Positions 38,746 to 48,265 of a stretch of 64,000 nucleotides of DNA are shown in pieces. The notes under the pieces were generated by a model. That model saw only the letters and a program-made list of their open reading frames with translations, was not told the origin of the DNA and made no database searches. How positions within the stretch are numbered: position 1 is the stretch's first letter; each line of letters opens with the position of its first letter. The stretch spans positions 368,843-432,842 of the forward strand of contig JAWAFI010000001.1 in NCBI GenBank assembly GCA_038890615.1. Direction: 5' to 3'. The translations under genes and the position numbers were made by a program. The DNA is from Candidatus Anstonellales archaeon. Its GTDB lineage: Archaea; Micrarchaeota; Micrarchaeia; Anstonellales; J096.

Positions 38746-38976
38746 ATGGGGAGAGGAAAAGAGAGATTGCTCACTTGTGATTCTTGTGGGAGGCAAGTCC
38801 CAAGGGACAAGGCTGTTGAGTATATAAAGGGCGCTTCAGTAGGCGGCTCTGAGCTTGCTGAATCAATCATAGTAAGCCCAAAGAAGGTATATTACTGCGT
38901 AAGTTGCGGAAAGCACAGGAAAATCTTTGAGAAGAAGAAGGAAGCTGCGGCAAGGAGGCGAGAACGATGGTTGTGA
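38746..38976 (+). CDS. rps26e: 30S ribosomal protein S26e
   Basis: MGRGKE..TCDSCGRQVPRDKA...YYCVSCGKHRKI. Confidence 0.9.
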   Translation: MGRGKERLLTCDSCGRQVPRDKAVEYIKGASVGGSELAESIIVSPKKVYYCVSCGKHRKIFEKKKEAAARRRERWL

Positions 38977-39278
38977 AAGAAGATGAAATATACATTGATG
39001 GCAGGCGCTACAACGTTTTCTATCTTGATGGCATAAGCAACATACCGCTCATAGTGATAAAAGCCAAGAACGGATACTTGGCAAACAGCATGCTCAGCTT
39101 TGAGACAGCAGAAAAGGTAGGGGATCTAGCTGTGTTTGTGAACAATGTAAAGAAGATAGAAGACATGGCAAAGGCAAAGGTAAGGAAGCATACCTCATGG
39201 GCAGGAAATCTTGGCATAAAAGAAGGCACAAGCGCTAAAAGGGCCCTTGAATTATTAGACAAAGGAAGGACTAACTAA
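38967..39278 (+). CDS. YunC/DUF1805-like protein
   Basis: PLIVIKAKNGYL, AEKVGD, VKKIED, LGIKEG..AKRAL. Confidence 0.7.
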   Translation: MVVKEDEIYIDGRRYNVFYLDGISNIPLIVIKAKNGYLANSMLSFETAEKVGDLAVFVNNVKKIEDMAKAKVRKHTSWAGNLGIKEGTSAKRALELLDKGRTN

Positions 39279-39279
39279 G

Positions 39280-39642
39280 CTACTGGCAACTTTTATCTGA
39301 GTAAATGCAATTTACTATATTGTAAACGCGCACAGAGCAATCCTCTACAAGGTCAATGTCTGAGATATAACCGCACACTGTCACATTCTTAGTTATTGAG
39401 GCAACATCAAAGTAGCATTGGTCTCTATTCCTTTTGTCTTTGTCTGTTATCTGTGCGCATGAAGAAACGCCTGAGAACACCTGCCCCCTTATTGCGTATA
39501 TGTAAGCGTTGTCCTGGTGGCAGGCGTTCCTTTGTTTCTCATATGGAAGCTGTGAGCAGTCGCTTGGGTTTGGTATTATAATGCAGCCAGAAAAGAGGAG
39601 CGTGAGCAAGACAGCAGCAACAAGCTTAAGCATTTGAAACAC
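39280..39642 (-). CDS. Cys-rich putative lipoprotein
   Basis: LLFSGC lipobox-like; repeated C-x(9-11)-C..DxCY..VA....N..VC pattern. Confidence 0.7.
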   Translation of the reverse strand: MFQMLKLVAAVLLTLLFSGCIIIPNPSDCSQLPYEKQRNACHQDNAYIYAIRGQVFSGVSSCAQITDKDKRNRDQCYFDVASITKNVTVCGYISDIDLVEDCSVRVYNIVNCIYSDKSCQ

Positions 39643-40729
39643 CCAATGCCTCTATAACCTGCTCTTTAGGCACGCTTAGGCTAATGTACCTGCTCTGCCC
39701 CCTCAGCCCTTTGCTTGTGTCTTTCATAGTAATGAACCCAAGCATCTCAAGCTCATTTATATAAGCCCTAACCCACCTGCCGCTCTTTGGCTTTCTTCCC
39801 CTTTCCCTGCAAACCCTCAGGTATTCTTCCATGACCTCCCCACTTACAACACTCCTTTCCCCTGCCATAAGTGCCTTCCTTCCAGTTGCCCTTATAACTG
39901 CTAGCATCACAAGCTTTGCATGGTCTGGGAGAGTATTAAGTAGCTCCTTGGCTATGTCAACCTCCACTCCTTCTTTGGCCTCTTTCACTGCTTTCTCCCC
40001 AACGCTTTCGCTCCCTTCACTCTGCGCTATGTCAACTGCTTTTGAAAGCAGCTGGAGTGCATACCTAGCATCCCCGCTTTCCTGCGCTGCTGTTGCTGCA
40101 ATAATGTTTACAGCAACCTCTTCAACCTTCCCTTTCCCAAGCTCAATCCTCTGCATAAGGATGTCCTTTATCTGCTTGGCATCATAAGGAGGGAATACCA
40201 GTTCTGTTTGGTAGAGGGTGCTCTTTGTCCTTGGGTCAAGCCGCTCCTTGAAAGCAAGGTTGTTTGATATTCCCACTATGGTTATGCCCCCGTTTTTTAT
40301 CTCATCATTAGCCCTTGTAAGCATGTATATAAGCTCATCAAGCTCTTTTACTCCATCAACCTCATCTAGAACTACTATCAGCTGCTTCCCTCCTAAATAC
40401 CCTACTAGCTTCTCATAAAGGTAGGCCTCCCCAAAGCCAATCTTGTCTATTAAGCCAAGCTTTTCAGCAATGTATTGCATAACCCTGTACTTTGTTGAAT
40501 AGATTTTGCAGTTTACATAAACACTCTCAACTTTGAGCGAGCTAACAGCCTTCTTCACAGTGCATGTTTTGCCAGTGCCTGTCTTCCCATATATGAAGAT
40601 GTTGGTTGGCTTTTTGTTTTCCTCTGCTGGCTTCAGGAGCTCAACTACTTTCTTTACATACTCCTCTCTATTTGGGAGCATATCTGGAACATAGTGAGGG
40701 GAAAGGACCCCCCTGTCCTGAAACAGCAT
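39626..40729 (-). CDS. cdc6: Orc1/Cdc6 replication initiator
   Basis: LSPHYVPD.LPNRE, YGKTGTGKT, LDEVD, LDPRTKS, FPPY, GDARYAL, ELEMLGFI. Confidence 0.95.
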   Translation of the reverse strand: MLFQDRGVLSPHYVPDMLPNREEYVKKVVELLKPAEENKKPTNIFIYGKTGTGKTCTVKKAVSSLKVESVYVNCKIYSTKYRVMQYIAEKLGLIDKIGFGEAYLYEKLVGYLGGKQLIVVLDEVDGVKELDELIYMLTRANDEIKNGGITIVGISNNLAFKERLDPRTKSTLYQTELVFPPYDAKQIKDILMQRIELGKGKVEEVAVNIIAATAAQESGDARYALQLLSKAVDIAQSEGSESVGEKAVKEAKEGVEVDIAKELLNTLPDHAKLVMLAVIRATGRKALMAGERSVVSGEVMEEYLRVCRERGRKPKSGRWVRAYINELEMLGFITMKDTSKGLRGQSRYISLSVPKEQVIEALGVSNA

Positions 40730-40763
40730 AAAAGCATTTTAATAATGCCTCTTTAAATCCTTT

Positions 40764-41768
40764 ATGGAAGAGGAAGGCATTGCTTTTGAGGCTAATGGGC
40801 TGTTCTACAATCCTCACATGAGGCTTTCTCGCACTCTCTCATCCCTTGCCCTTTCTACGCTTCCCCCAATGGATATACTAGATGGCTTCTGCGCTTCTGG
40901 CATAAGAGGCATCCGCTATGCAAAGGAAAATGGAGCAAAGTCCCTTGCTTTTGTTGACTGGAGCAGGAAGGCGATAGCGATTTCTCTATCAAACGCAAAG
41001 GCGAATGGCATAGATGCTCAAGGCTTTGTTTCTGATTTCAACAGGCATGTGCTCAGCAGCTCTTATTCATTCTATGAGCTTGACCCTTTTGGATCACCCT
41101 CCCAGCACATATATCCAGCCCTCTACTCCTGCTCTTACTTAAAAGCCTCATACCTCTCAATTACAGCAACCGATCTTGCAGTGCTTTGCGGAAAGGAAAG
41201 AGAGGCATTGGCTAGGAATTACCTTGCTTTTAATACAACAAACGATTATTGCCATGAGAGCGCTGCAAGGATAGTGATAGGCTTTGCTGTTCGCCTTGCA
41301 GGGATAATGGGGCTTTCTTTCACCCCCCTCCTCACCTTTTACTACCGCCATCAGATAAAGGTGATAGGAAAGGTTGAGAAGGGGAAGCTGAAGGCATATG
41401 AGTCAGAGGCAAAGGTTGGGATGCTTGGTCCAATAGGTCCACTCTGGCTTGGAGACCTCCATGACAGGGAAACTCTCCAGAAGATGGCTGAAGAGAATAA
41501 CAGAAGGAGCTACACCGACAAAGAAAGGGTTGCAAAGATGCTCTCCCTAATGGAAGGCGAGCTTGGCACCCTCCCTTTCTTTTATTCCCTTCATTCACTT
41601 TCTTCATCAGCAAAGTTGGCTGCAATCCCCAAAATGGCTTCGCTGCTTGAGGCTATAAAGGCGCAGGGCTACTATGCTGTGCAAACGCATTTCTCTCCTT
41701 TAGGAATACGCACAGATATGCCTGAAAAAGAGGTCATTGCCTTGATGAAAAACCTTAGCCCTGCCTAA
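40764..41768 (+). CDS. trm1: tRNA (guanine-26,N2)-dimethyltransferase
   Basis: FYNPHMRLSR, ASGIRGIRY, LDPFGSP, TATDLAVLCG, GPLWLG.LHD, THFSP.GIRTD. Confidence 0.93.
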   Translation: MEEEGIAFEANGLFYNPHMRLSRTLSSLALSTLPPMDILDGFCASGIRGIRYAKENGAKSLAFVDWSRKAIAISLSNAKANGIDAQGFVSDFNRHVLSSSYSFYELDPFGSPSQHIYPALYSCSYLKASYLSITATDLAVLCGKEREALARNYLAFNTTNDYCHESAARIVIGFAVRLAGIMGLSFTPLLTFYYRHQIKVIGKVEKGKLKAYESEAKVGMLGPIGPLWLGDLHDRETLQKMAEENNRRSYTDKERVAKMLSLMEGELGTLPFFYSLHSLSSSAKLAAIPKMASLLEAIKAQGYYAVQTHFSPLGIRTDMPEKEVIALMKNLSPA

Positions 41769-41822
41769 TCAGGGCATTCGTTTTTTGTATTGAGTAGGTG
41801 CTACCTTTATTTAAATTTATTT

Positions 41823-42515
41823 TTACTTCTTGTTGCTGGGCTGTGCACTCTCTATCCAATACCTCTCAACATGCTCGTACTTATGCTGTATTTCAAGTTC
41901 GCCTAAATAGCTTAGCTTGGGCGGTTTCTTTACCTTCTGAAAGGGGAAAAAGTCAATGAGCAATATAGATGGATCCGATCTATTCAAAAACTTAAGAAAA
42001 TCCTGCCCATTATCAAACCATACTTCATAAGTCGGGTCGACAATATACCGCTTTCCTTCTAAGTGGATAAATAAGACTGCGTGTTGATGGCCAATTAGTA
42101 TATTCATATTATTTCTATTTGTTTCTTTATAAACAACAACCCCAACAAGATTTGCATTATAACCTCTTTCCCTTAAGAACTGCAAGGCCAGAGCGCTTTT
42201 CTCAAAGCATACTCCTTTCTTTCCAAGCCGCTTTACATCCAAAACATACTTGTCTTTATAGACTGGTTCACCATACTCGATAATTCTGGAGAGCTCAAAA
42301 ACTTCCTTTGAAAGCTCCTCAATGTTTTTTGACCTTTGCCCATCCTCGCTCTTCTTGAACCTAGCAAACTCTATGCATACGGTGTTTGGTTGGCTCATGG
42401 TTGCAAGAGGCGAGAAATAATACTCCTTTTCCTTCAATGATGTATAGCTGTGACTTTGTATACTAAGAAGGGCACCTGCAAATACAATCTCTATCAGCGC
42501 CTTTTTTAGCTTCAT
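41823..42515 (-). CDS. Secreted transglutaminase-like / papain-fold Cys protease candidate
   Basis: Signal-like N-terminus; GVCFEKSAL...RGY, HAVL, YIVDPT give a Cys-His-Asp triad pattern. Confidence 0.65.
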   Translation of the reverse strand: MKLKKALIEIVFAGALLSIQSHSYTSLKEKEYYFSPLATMSQPNTVCIEFARFKKSEDGQRSKNIEELSKEVFELSRIIEYGEPVYKDKYVLDVKRLGKKGVCFEKSALALQFLRERGYNANLVGVVVYKETNRNNMNILIGHQHAVLFIHLEGKRYIVDPTYEVWFDNGQDFLKFLNRSDPSILLIDFFPFQKVKKPPKLSYLGELEIQHKYEHVERYWIESAQPSNKK

Positions 42516-43127
42516 GATTGTTCCTCCACCTTCTTCCTCTCTCTTTCTCTTTCTTTAGGAAGTAGGGGTCCTCCTGGTGTCAAATCCTCCTTTGGGACAT
42601 GATAACTAGATACTAACCCTTTCTTTATTTCTTCATTTAGCTCATTGAAGAACTTACGCAACTCTCCCATATCCCATTTAGTAAATCCATTTAATCTTTC
42701 TATACCTTCCATCGATGTCTGCTTCAGAGGGGAAATTGTTAAATCAGCTCCAGAAACAAATCCAACTAGTGGCAAGCTCTTTAAAAGATAGCTAACCAGA
42801 CTCTCAGCATCATTTATATTTAATTGACTCAAATCACCGCCTGCTTCACAATAATGATAAAGTTTCTCTAGCCTCATTGTAATGTACCTTAACGCCGTGC
42901 CTATCATCTCTTTTTTTTTCAAAATTACTTATTTTATTACTTATTTTATTACTACTCAACATAAAGTCTATATTAGACTTAACCTGTTCAAGTAAGTTTT
43001 GCAGATTAAGATTGGTGTCACCTCCAACTCTTTCTAATAAAAACTCCCACATTTCTTTGTGATGGTAGAGGCGGCTCTGTTCTTCTTCCATTGGTTTTTG
43101 TTTCGTTGCACACATACAATCACCCAT
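42512..43127 (-). pseudogene. Hypothetical gene apparently frameshifted at an A9 tract (ORFs 42846-43127 and 42512-42922)
   Basis: TTT GAA AAA AAA AGA; removing one A gives FEKK-EMIGTALR, fusing the two ORFs. Confidence 0.5.
42924..42953. repeat. 12-bp tandem repeat, 2.5 copies (ATTACTTATTTT), encoding SNKI repeats
   Basis: attacttatttt attacttatttt attact. Confidence 0.8.
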
Positions 43128-43160
43128 TATATCTATTGCACAGATATTTTTTAATCATGA

Positions 43161-43236
43161 TGGGCCGGATGGGATTTGAACCCATGAACCTCTCGATTAT
43201 CAGTCGAGCGCTCTGGCCGTGCTGAGCTACCGGCCC
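43161..43236 (-). tRNA. tRNA-Ile(GAT)
   Basis: GGGCCGGTAGCTCAGCACGGCCAGAGCG-CTCGA-CTGATAA-TCGAG-AGGTTCATGGGTTCAAATCCCATCCGGCCCA. Confidence 0.95.
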
Positions 43237-43294
43237 TTCTATAAGGCTTAACCACCTCCAACATTTTAAAACCTATCAGCGCCTCCCTCTTTTG

Positions 43295-43312
43295 GTTAGG
43301 CAGTTGCCTAAC
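43295..43312. promoter_or_regulatory. Perfect 8-2-8 inverted repeat, candidate operator
   Basis: GTTAGGCA-gt-TGCCTAAC between divergent tRNA-Ile and the ArsR-type gene, just upstream of TTTTTATAA. Confidence 0.5.
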
Positions 43313-43379
43313 AAAGTGCCCCTTATTTTTATAAGAATAAGCATAAAAAGCATAAGCAGCCATACAAGAAGGTGAAAGC

Positions 43380-43925
43380 ATGGGTGACATAATAATTGAC
43401 AGGGAAATGCTCAAGGCAATAGGCGCAGACACAAGGATAGGGATAATCAAGGCGCTTGGAGAGAGGAGGAAGATGCTCAGCGAGCTTGCAGATGAGCTCA
43501 AGGTTTCAAAGCCCACTGCTTTGGAGCACCTCCAGCAGCTTGAGCGCGCTGGCCTTATAAAAAAGATTGATGAAGGAAGGAAATGGAAGTACTACGAGCT
43601 CACAGAAAAGGGCCTAGGCCTTGTGCACAAGGAAAAAGTGCCTGTAAGGGCTTTCATAATGTTAAGCATAAGCATACTTGCTTTTGCTGCTTCTTTTCTT
43701 ATTTTCCAAGGCGCTTTCACCAGCAGCGAGCCGGAGTCTCTAAAAGTTATGGCTGGCTACAATGGCTTTGCAGACGTGGCTGCAGGTGCAGAAGCAGCCA
43801 AGGAAATTCCTCCTAGTGCCCTTCATTCTCAAACAGGGTTGCTACTTTTGGCAGGGCTGCTCTTGCTTGCAGGCATAGTGCTTATGGCTTTCACAAAGGC
43901 AGAGTTTGAAAGCAGGAGGCTCTAA
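43380..43925 (+). CDS. ArsR-like wHTH transcription factor with two C-terminal TM helices
   Basis: LKAIGADTRIGII, LSELADELKVSKPTALEHLQQLERAGLI, RKWKYYELTEKG, then hydrophobic segments. Confidence 0.85.
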   Translation: MGDIIIDREMLKAIGADTRIGIIKALGERRKMLSELADELKVSKPTALEHLQQLERAGLIKKIDEGRKWKYYELTEKGLGLVHKEKVPVRAFIMLSISILAFAASFLIFQGAFTSSEPESLKVMAGYNGFADVAAGAEAAKEIPPSALHSQTGLLLLAGLLLLAGIVLMAFTKAEFESRRL

Positions 43926-43965
43926 GGGACAGGCAGCATTTTAACATTATCGCAGAAAACCGATT

Positions 43966-45138
43966 ATGGTTGATGCAGTGCGCGTCATGTTTGACCTTGG
44001 CGCAATATTAGTTGCATCCTTTCTTGGCGCCTCTATTTTTGAAAAGCTGCGCCTGCCTCCAGTAATCGGAATGATACTTGCAGGCATCCTGCTCAGCCCG
44101 TTCACTCCTGGATTCACTGTGGAAAGCAGCGCGGAGATAAAGCTCTTTGCCGAGCTTGGGGGAATTCTCCTTATGTTCGTGCTCGGGCTCCAGTTTGAGT
44201 ACCACCTGATGAGAAAGCTCAGCTTCAACGCATTTATCCTTGCAGGTGTGGCTTCGGTGGCCACATTTCTTGCAGGTGCCTTTGCAGCCACAGCAATAGG
44301 GATGAACTTTGCAGAGGCCCTGATAATAGGCTCATTCATGGTTTCCACGAGCACCACAATGGCGCTCAAGCTGCAGGGCGACCTGAACTACAAGAAGATG
44401 AAAAATTCAAAGCTGATGGCTGCAGCCATTGTAATTGACGACCTTTACGGATTCATAGTGCTCGGTCTAATAAGCGGCTACCTTGGAGTAAAGGCAGGCA
44501 CATTTTCTGATGTTTTGGTGTCTTCTTTTTCGATGTTGCTTGCAATAGTAGCCATTTTCTTTATAGGCGTCAAGGTTGCCCCAAAGGTGTTTGAGATTTT
44601 TGAGAAGCACTTTCCCTCCAGCTCCTTCACTATTGGCGCTGCTTTCTGCCTGATGCTTGTGTACACACTCACTTGGTTTGAGGTTTCCCCGTTCATAAGC
44701 GCATTCCTCGCAGGCACTATAATCACATCAAGCATAAGGTACAAGGACGTGCTCGATTCCGTGATGCCGATAAGGAACCTCTTTGCAAGCGTTTTCTTTG
44801 TGAGCATAGGGCTCATGCTTAATCCATTCCTTATGCTTGGGGCAATTCCGCTTGTGCTTTTCATGACTTTCGTTGGGGTGGCCTCCAAATGGGTTGCAGC
44901 AAGCGGCGTGCTCATAAAGCTCCACTCGGACAGGGAGGAAGCATACAAGCTCGGAATGCTCACTGCACCAAGGGGGGAAGTGCTGCTCATAATTGCTGAA
45001 AGCGTGGTTGCTGCAGGTGTTGTTTCAGAAGTTTTCCTTTCTATTGCAACAGGAATTGTGCTGCTGAGCGCGTTCATCCCAGCAATACTTTGGCGCATTG
45101 ATTTTTTAGGTGCAAAAGTAAGCCAGCTCTCTCCATAA
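43966..45138 (+). CDS. Cation:proton antiporter (CPA2/Kef-like)
   Basis: LPPVIGMILAG, FAELGGILLMFVLGL, STST, IDDL, FFVSIG, APRGE. Confidence 0.9.
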   Translation: MVDAVRVMFDLGAILVASFLGASIFEKLRLPPVIGMILAGILLSPFTPGFTVESSAEIKLFAELGGILLMFVLGLQFEYHLMRKLSFNAFILAGVASVATFLAGAFAATAIGMNFAEALIIGSFMVSTSTTMALKLQGDLNYKKMKNSKLMAAAIVIDDLYGFIVLGLISGYLGVKAGTFSDVLVSSFSMLLAIVAIFFIGVKVAPKVFEIFEKHFPSSSFTIGAAFCLMLVYTLTWFEVSPFISAFLAGTIITSSIRYKDVLDSVMPIRNLFASVFFVSIGLMLNPFLMLGAIPLVLFMTFVGVASKWVAASGVLIKLHSDREEAYKLGMLTAPRGEVLLIIAESVVAAGVVSEVFLSIATGIVLLSAFIPAILWRIDFLGAKVSQLSP

Positions 45139-45140
45139 GG

Positions 45141-46106
45141 TTAGGCAGCAATCTCTCCTATCTGCAGGTAGAATATGGTTGCCAGGTAAATCAGGTAGAT
45201 AATCAGGAATATAGCCCCCCCAAGCCTGTTGAGCTGCTTGTTTATTGATGCAACATAAAGCAGCAATACGTTTGAAACTACTGCAAAAAGCAAGGCGGCT
45301 ATGAAAACAGGCATTATTAGCGATATGGAATGGATAGCAGCAGCAGTGCCAAGCACAAGCGTTATGTTAGTCATGTTGCTCCCTATTGCATCCCCTAATG
45401 CCAGCCCATAGCGCCTCTTCTTTATTGCCTGAAGGTCTATTGAAATCTCAGGCAGTGAAGTACCTACAGCGATTATTGTTGCGCCTATGAAGCTTTCTGA
45501 TATACCAAGCATTCTTGACAGCGAAACAGCTGAATCTACTACAAAGCTTGCGCTTACGAGCACAACCAATATCCCACCAGAGAAAAACATGAATGAATAT
45601 AAGGCCTCTTTTTTTGTGATTACACCAATTCTGTTCCCATCAACGCTTTTCTTGCTGAGTGTGTAAGCTACATATCCCCCAAATAGGAGAAGCAGTATCA
45701 CCCCTTCTAAAAAACCCAGCGACTGCTTGCCTATGCTGCTGTTGAATATTATGTAAGCAGATATTATGGTGGTTAGCAGAAGGACTATAGCAATGTCGTT
45801 TAGCGTTCCTTTCCCTATCTTTAGCCCATAAATAAAACCGCCGAGCCCAAGGACCAGCAGTATGTTTGCTATATTTGAGCCAAACACATTGCCTGCTGCT
45901 ATTGCACCCTCTCCTGCAGTTGATGAGAGAACTGAAACAGATAGTTCAGGGAGGGAGGTGGCAACAGCCAGGAGTATAAACCCAACTGCTAGCTGGCTTA
46001 TTCCAAAGAAATTTGATAGCTTTACTGCGCTCTCAACTACAGTGCTTGATGATTTTGCTAGCACTGCCAAAGATACCAAAAGGGTTATTCCCTCAATAAG
46101 CGCCAT
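45141..46106 (-). CDS. Ca2+/Na+ antiporter (CaCA, YrbG-like)
   Basis: ATSLPEL..GNVFGSNIAN and GTSLPE..GDAIGSNMTN alpha repeats. Confidence 0.93.
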   Translation of the reverse strand: MALIEGITLLVSLAVLAKSSSTVVESAVKLSNFFGISQLAVGFILLAVATSLPELSVSVLSSTAGEGAIAAGNVFGSNIANILLVLGLGGFIYGLKIGKGTLNDIAIVLLLTTIISAYIIFNSSIGKQSLGFLEGVILLLLFGGYVAYTLSKKSVDGNRIGVITKKEALYSFMFFSGGILVVLVSASFVVDSAVSLSRMLGISESFIGATIIAVGTSLPEISIDLQAIKKRRYGLALGDAIGSNMTNITLVLGTAAAIHSISLIMPVFIAALLFAVVSNVLLLYVASINKQLNRLGGAIFLIIYLIYLATIFYLQIGEIAA

Positions 46107-47429
46107 TCAGCCAGCCTCTTTTGCCTTTGCTATAAGCTCCTGCAGTATGGGAGGCGTTGCCAAAGTGGTTAGAAGCGCCATTGTAGCTATCACTGAATAT
46201 TCTGGAGTGGTGAGTACCCCACTAGTAAGCCCTATAGAAGCAACTATAAGCGCTACCTCTCCCCGTGGTGCCATTCCAAACCCAACTATGGCAGCCTTTA
46301 GTGCGTCCAACTTTGCAAGAAATGCAGCTGCTCCGCATCCTACTACTTTTGTAGCTATTGCAATCACTGAAAGCATAAGTATTGGCACAAGGAATTCAGC
46401 CAGTGCATTTACATCCATTATTGTTCCCAGAGATATGAAGAATATTGGCATGAAAAGCATCTCAAGCCCATAAGTTTTCTCCTCTATTTCTTTGTGGTGC
46501 CTGCTCCTGCTTAGTACTATGCCTGCCATAAAGGCCCCGACTATTGCTGATAGCTTTATGAATTCTGCCAAGTATGCATAAAATAAGACTAGAGCAAGAG
46601 CAATCATAAACCTCCTTGGGCTCATTGGCTTTCTATCAAGGTATTTCACAAAATAATCCCCTGCAATCACGCTTCCCCCCAGGAAAACAATTGCAGTTAC
46701 AAGAGTGATGAAAAGAGAGGATACCATCATCTTCTCATCTGCAGACCCTGCAACGTTAATGACAAAAGAAAGCACAAGAAGGCCAAGTATGTCATCAAGC
46801 ACTGCTGCGCCTATTATCAACTCAGCAAACTTCTCTTTCAGAAGTTTGAATTCTTTGAGAATTGCGACAGTAACCCCAACAGAGGTTGCTGTGAGAGCTG
46901 CCCCAACAAACATTGAGTATACAAAGCTGCCCCCTTCATAAATTGCATACATGTATCCAACGCCAAAAGGAAGGAGAACTCCAGCAATGGCTACTGCAAG
47001 ATTCTCAAAAGAGAACACCTTATCAACCCTATTGTGCATCCCTACCTTGAAGAGCAATATAACCGCCCCAAGCTGCGCAAAAACCCTGAGCACGCTCTCA
47101 AGCCTGAGTATGTCCGGCGGCTCATCAGGCATGCTTATTAGAGTGTGGAATGAGCGAAGGAAATCCCAAGACAGGTGGAGGAAGCTTGGGCTCATAAGAA
47201 GGCCTAGCACCATGAGGAGCATCACTGACGGCTGCTTAGTGTAGACAACTGCTATCTCACCTGCAACAGCGAGAAGAAGAAGGAAAACTATCTCAAAGTA
47301 TATGTGCTTATCTTCCTCTACCTCCCCAAAAATGCTTGTGCGGACTACTGAAACAACCAGAAGGATGAATATTCCTAATACAAGGGGCCCTATTAATGGG
47401 GATATGCTCTCTACTGCTTTCCTGTACAT
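46107..47429 (-). CDS. Cation:proton antiporter (CPA2/NapA-like)
   Basis: ALTATSVG, AAVLDDILG, IVGAFMAG, PIFFISLG, GMAPRGEV. Confidence 0.92.
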   Translation of the reverse strand: MYRKAVESISPLIGPLVLGIFILLVVSVVRTSIFGEVEEDKHIYFEIVFLLLLAVAGEIAVVYTKQPSVMLLMVLGLLMSPSFLHLSWDFLRSFHTLISMPDEPPDILRLESVLRVFAQLGAVILLFKVGMHNRVDKVFSFENLAVAIAGVLLPFGVGYMYAIYEGGSFVYSMFVGAALTATSVGVTVAILKEFKLLKEKFAELIIGAAVLDDILGLLVLSFVINVAGSADEKMMVSSLFITLVTAIVFLGGSVIAGDYFVKYLDRKPMSPRRFMIALALVLFYAYLAEFIKLSAIVGAFMAGIVLSRSRHHKEIEEKTYGLEMLFMPIFFISLGTIMDVNALAEFLVPILMLSVIAIATKVVGCGAAAFLAKLDALKAAIVGFGMAPRGEVALIVASIGLTSGVLTTPEYSVIATMALLTTLATPPILQELIAKAKEAG

Positions 47430-47516
47430 TGGCTACCATCAATGCAACCATACCATCTTTTATATACCTTTCCATGACCATAAGAACTTTTTTAAATGGG
47501 CGCCCCATTCCTTACC

Positions 47517-47861
47517 ATGGCATTTTCATTAGCTGTATTTTTGCTGGTTCTTGCTGCCAACTTAGCTTTTTCGCAAAGTGCAGAGCAATCATGCTATTCA
47601 GAGAAGGTGCAAGGGGAAGCTTGCTACATGCAGTGCTGCCGTAGTTTGGGTTATGCTTGGGATGGAGAAGGGTGCAGTGTGCCAGATGCAGACCGAAATT
47701 ATGTTGCTATGCAGTGCAGCTACTGCACTGACCGCTACCTTTCTTGCATAGATGAATACAACATGTATTCCAATCCACAGACCAGCAGTACAGACACTTC
47801 TTGCTGTTCTGGCTTTGCGCTGCTGGCTGCGCTTATCTTGGTTTCTTCCAAAATCAGTTGA
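47517..47861 (+). CDS. Small secreted Cys-rich protein, paralog A, CC+TM C-terminal tail
   Basis: Signal peptide; CYMQCC..LGYAWD...C; TSCCSGFALLAALIL. Confidence 0.8.
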   Translation: MAFSLAVFLLVLAANLAFSQSAEQSCYSEKVQGEACYMQCCRSLGYAWDGEGCSVPDADRNYVAMQCSYCTDRYLSCIDEYNMYSNPQTSSTDTSCCSGFALLAALILVSSKIS

Positions 47862-47873
47862 GAGGTGGCCAAA

Positions 47874-48209
47874 ATGAAGGTATTTGCAATAATAGTTGCC
47901 CTCTTGCTTGTTCCTGCTGCATTCCCAGCCACATGCGAGCAGGAGTGCTGCTTTGGGTCAGGAGGGGTTTGGGATTCTAAAAGCAATTCTTGTATAACCC
48001 CAAAGTTTGAGCAGTATTTTGACTGCTACTTGAATTGCGATGATGAAGGTCAGCATACCTCTGATTCAGGAGGAGGTTATCACTCAGACACAGGAGGGTA
48101 CAACCCAGGAGCTTCTTCAGGCACATCTCCAGGCAACACTTCAAGTACTTCCTGCTGCCCTGGCTTTGCTCTGCTCGCTGCTCTCGGCTTGCTTATGCGC
48201 AGGGTTTAA
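47874..48209 (+). CDS. Small secreted Cys-rich protein, paralog B
   Basis: GAGGTG RBS; CEQECC..GGVWD...C...YFDCYLNCD; TSCCPGFALLAALGLLMRR. Confidence 0.85.
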   Translation: MKVFAIIVALLLVPAAFPATCEQECCFGSGGVWDSKSNSCITPKFEQYFDCYLNCDDEGQHTSDSGGGYHSDTGGYNPGASSGTSPGNTSSTSCCPGFALLAALGLLMRRV

Positions 48210-48265
48210 TGACTCCTGCAATAGCATTAAAAACTTGCTTTCTATGATTGCTTAGGGGTGCAATT

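Noticed and set aside
40730..40763. Replication origin next to cdc6
   Set aside because: The intergenic gap is only 34 bp with no ORB-like repeats or unwinding element
43151..43516. 121-aa minus-strand ORF; likewise 51450-51659
   Set aside because: They overlap tRNA genes and real CDSs on the opposite strand; shadow ORFs
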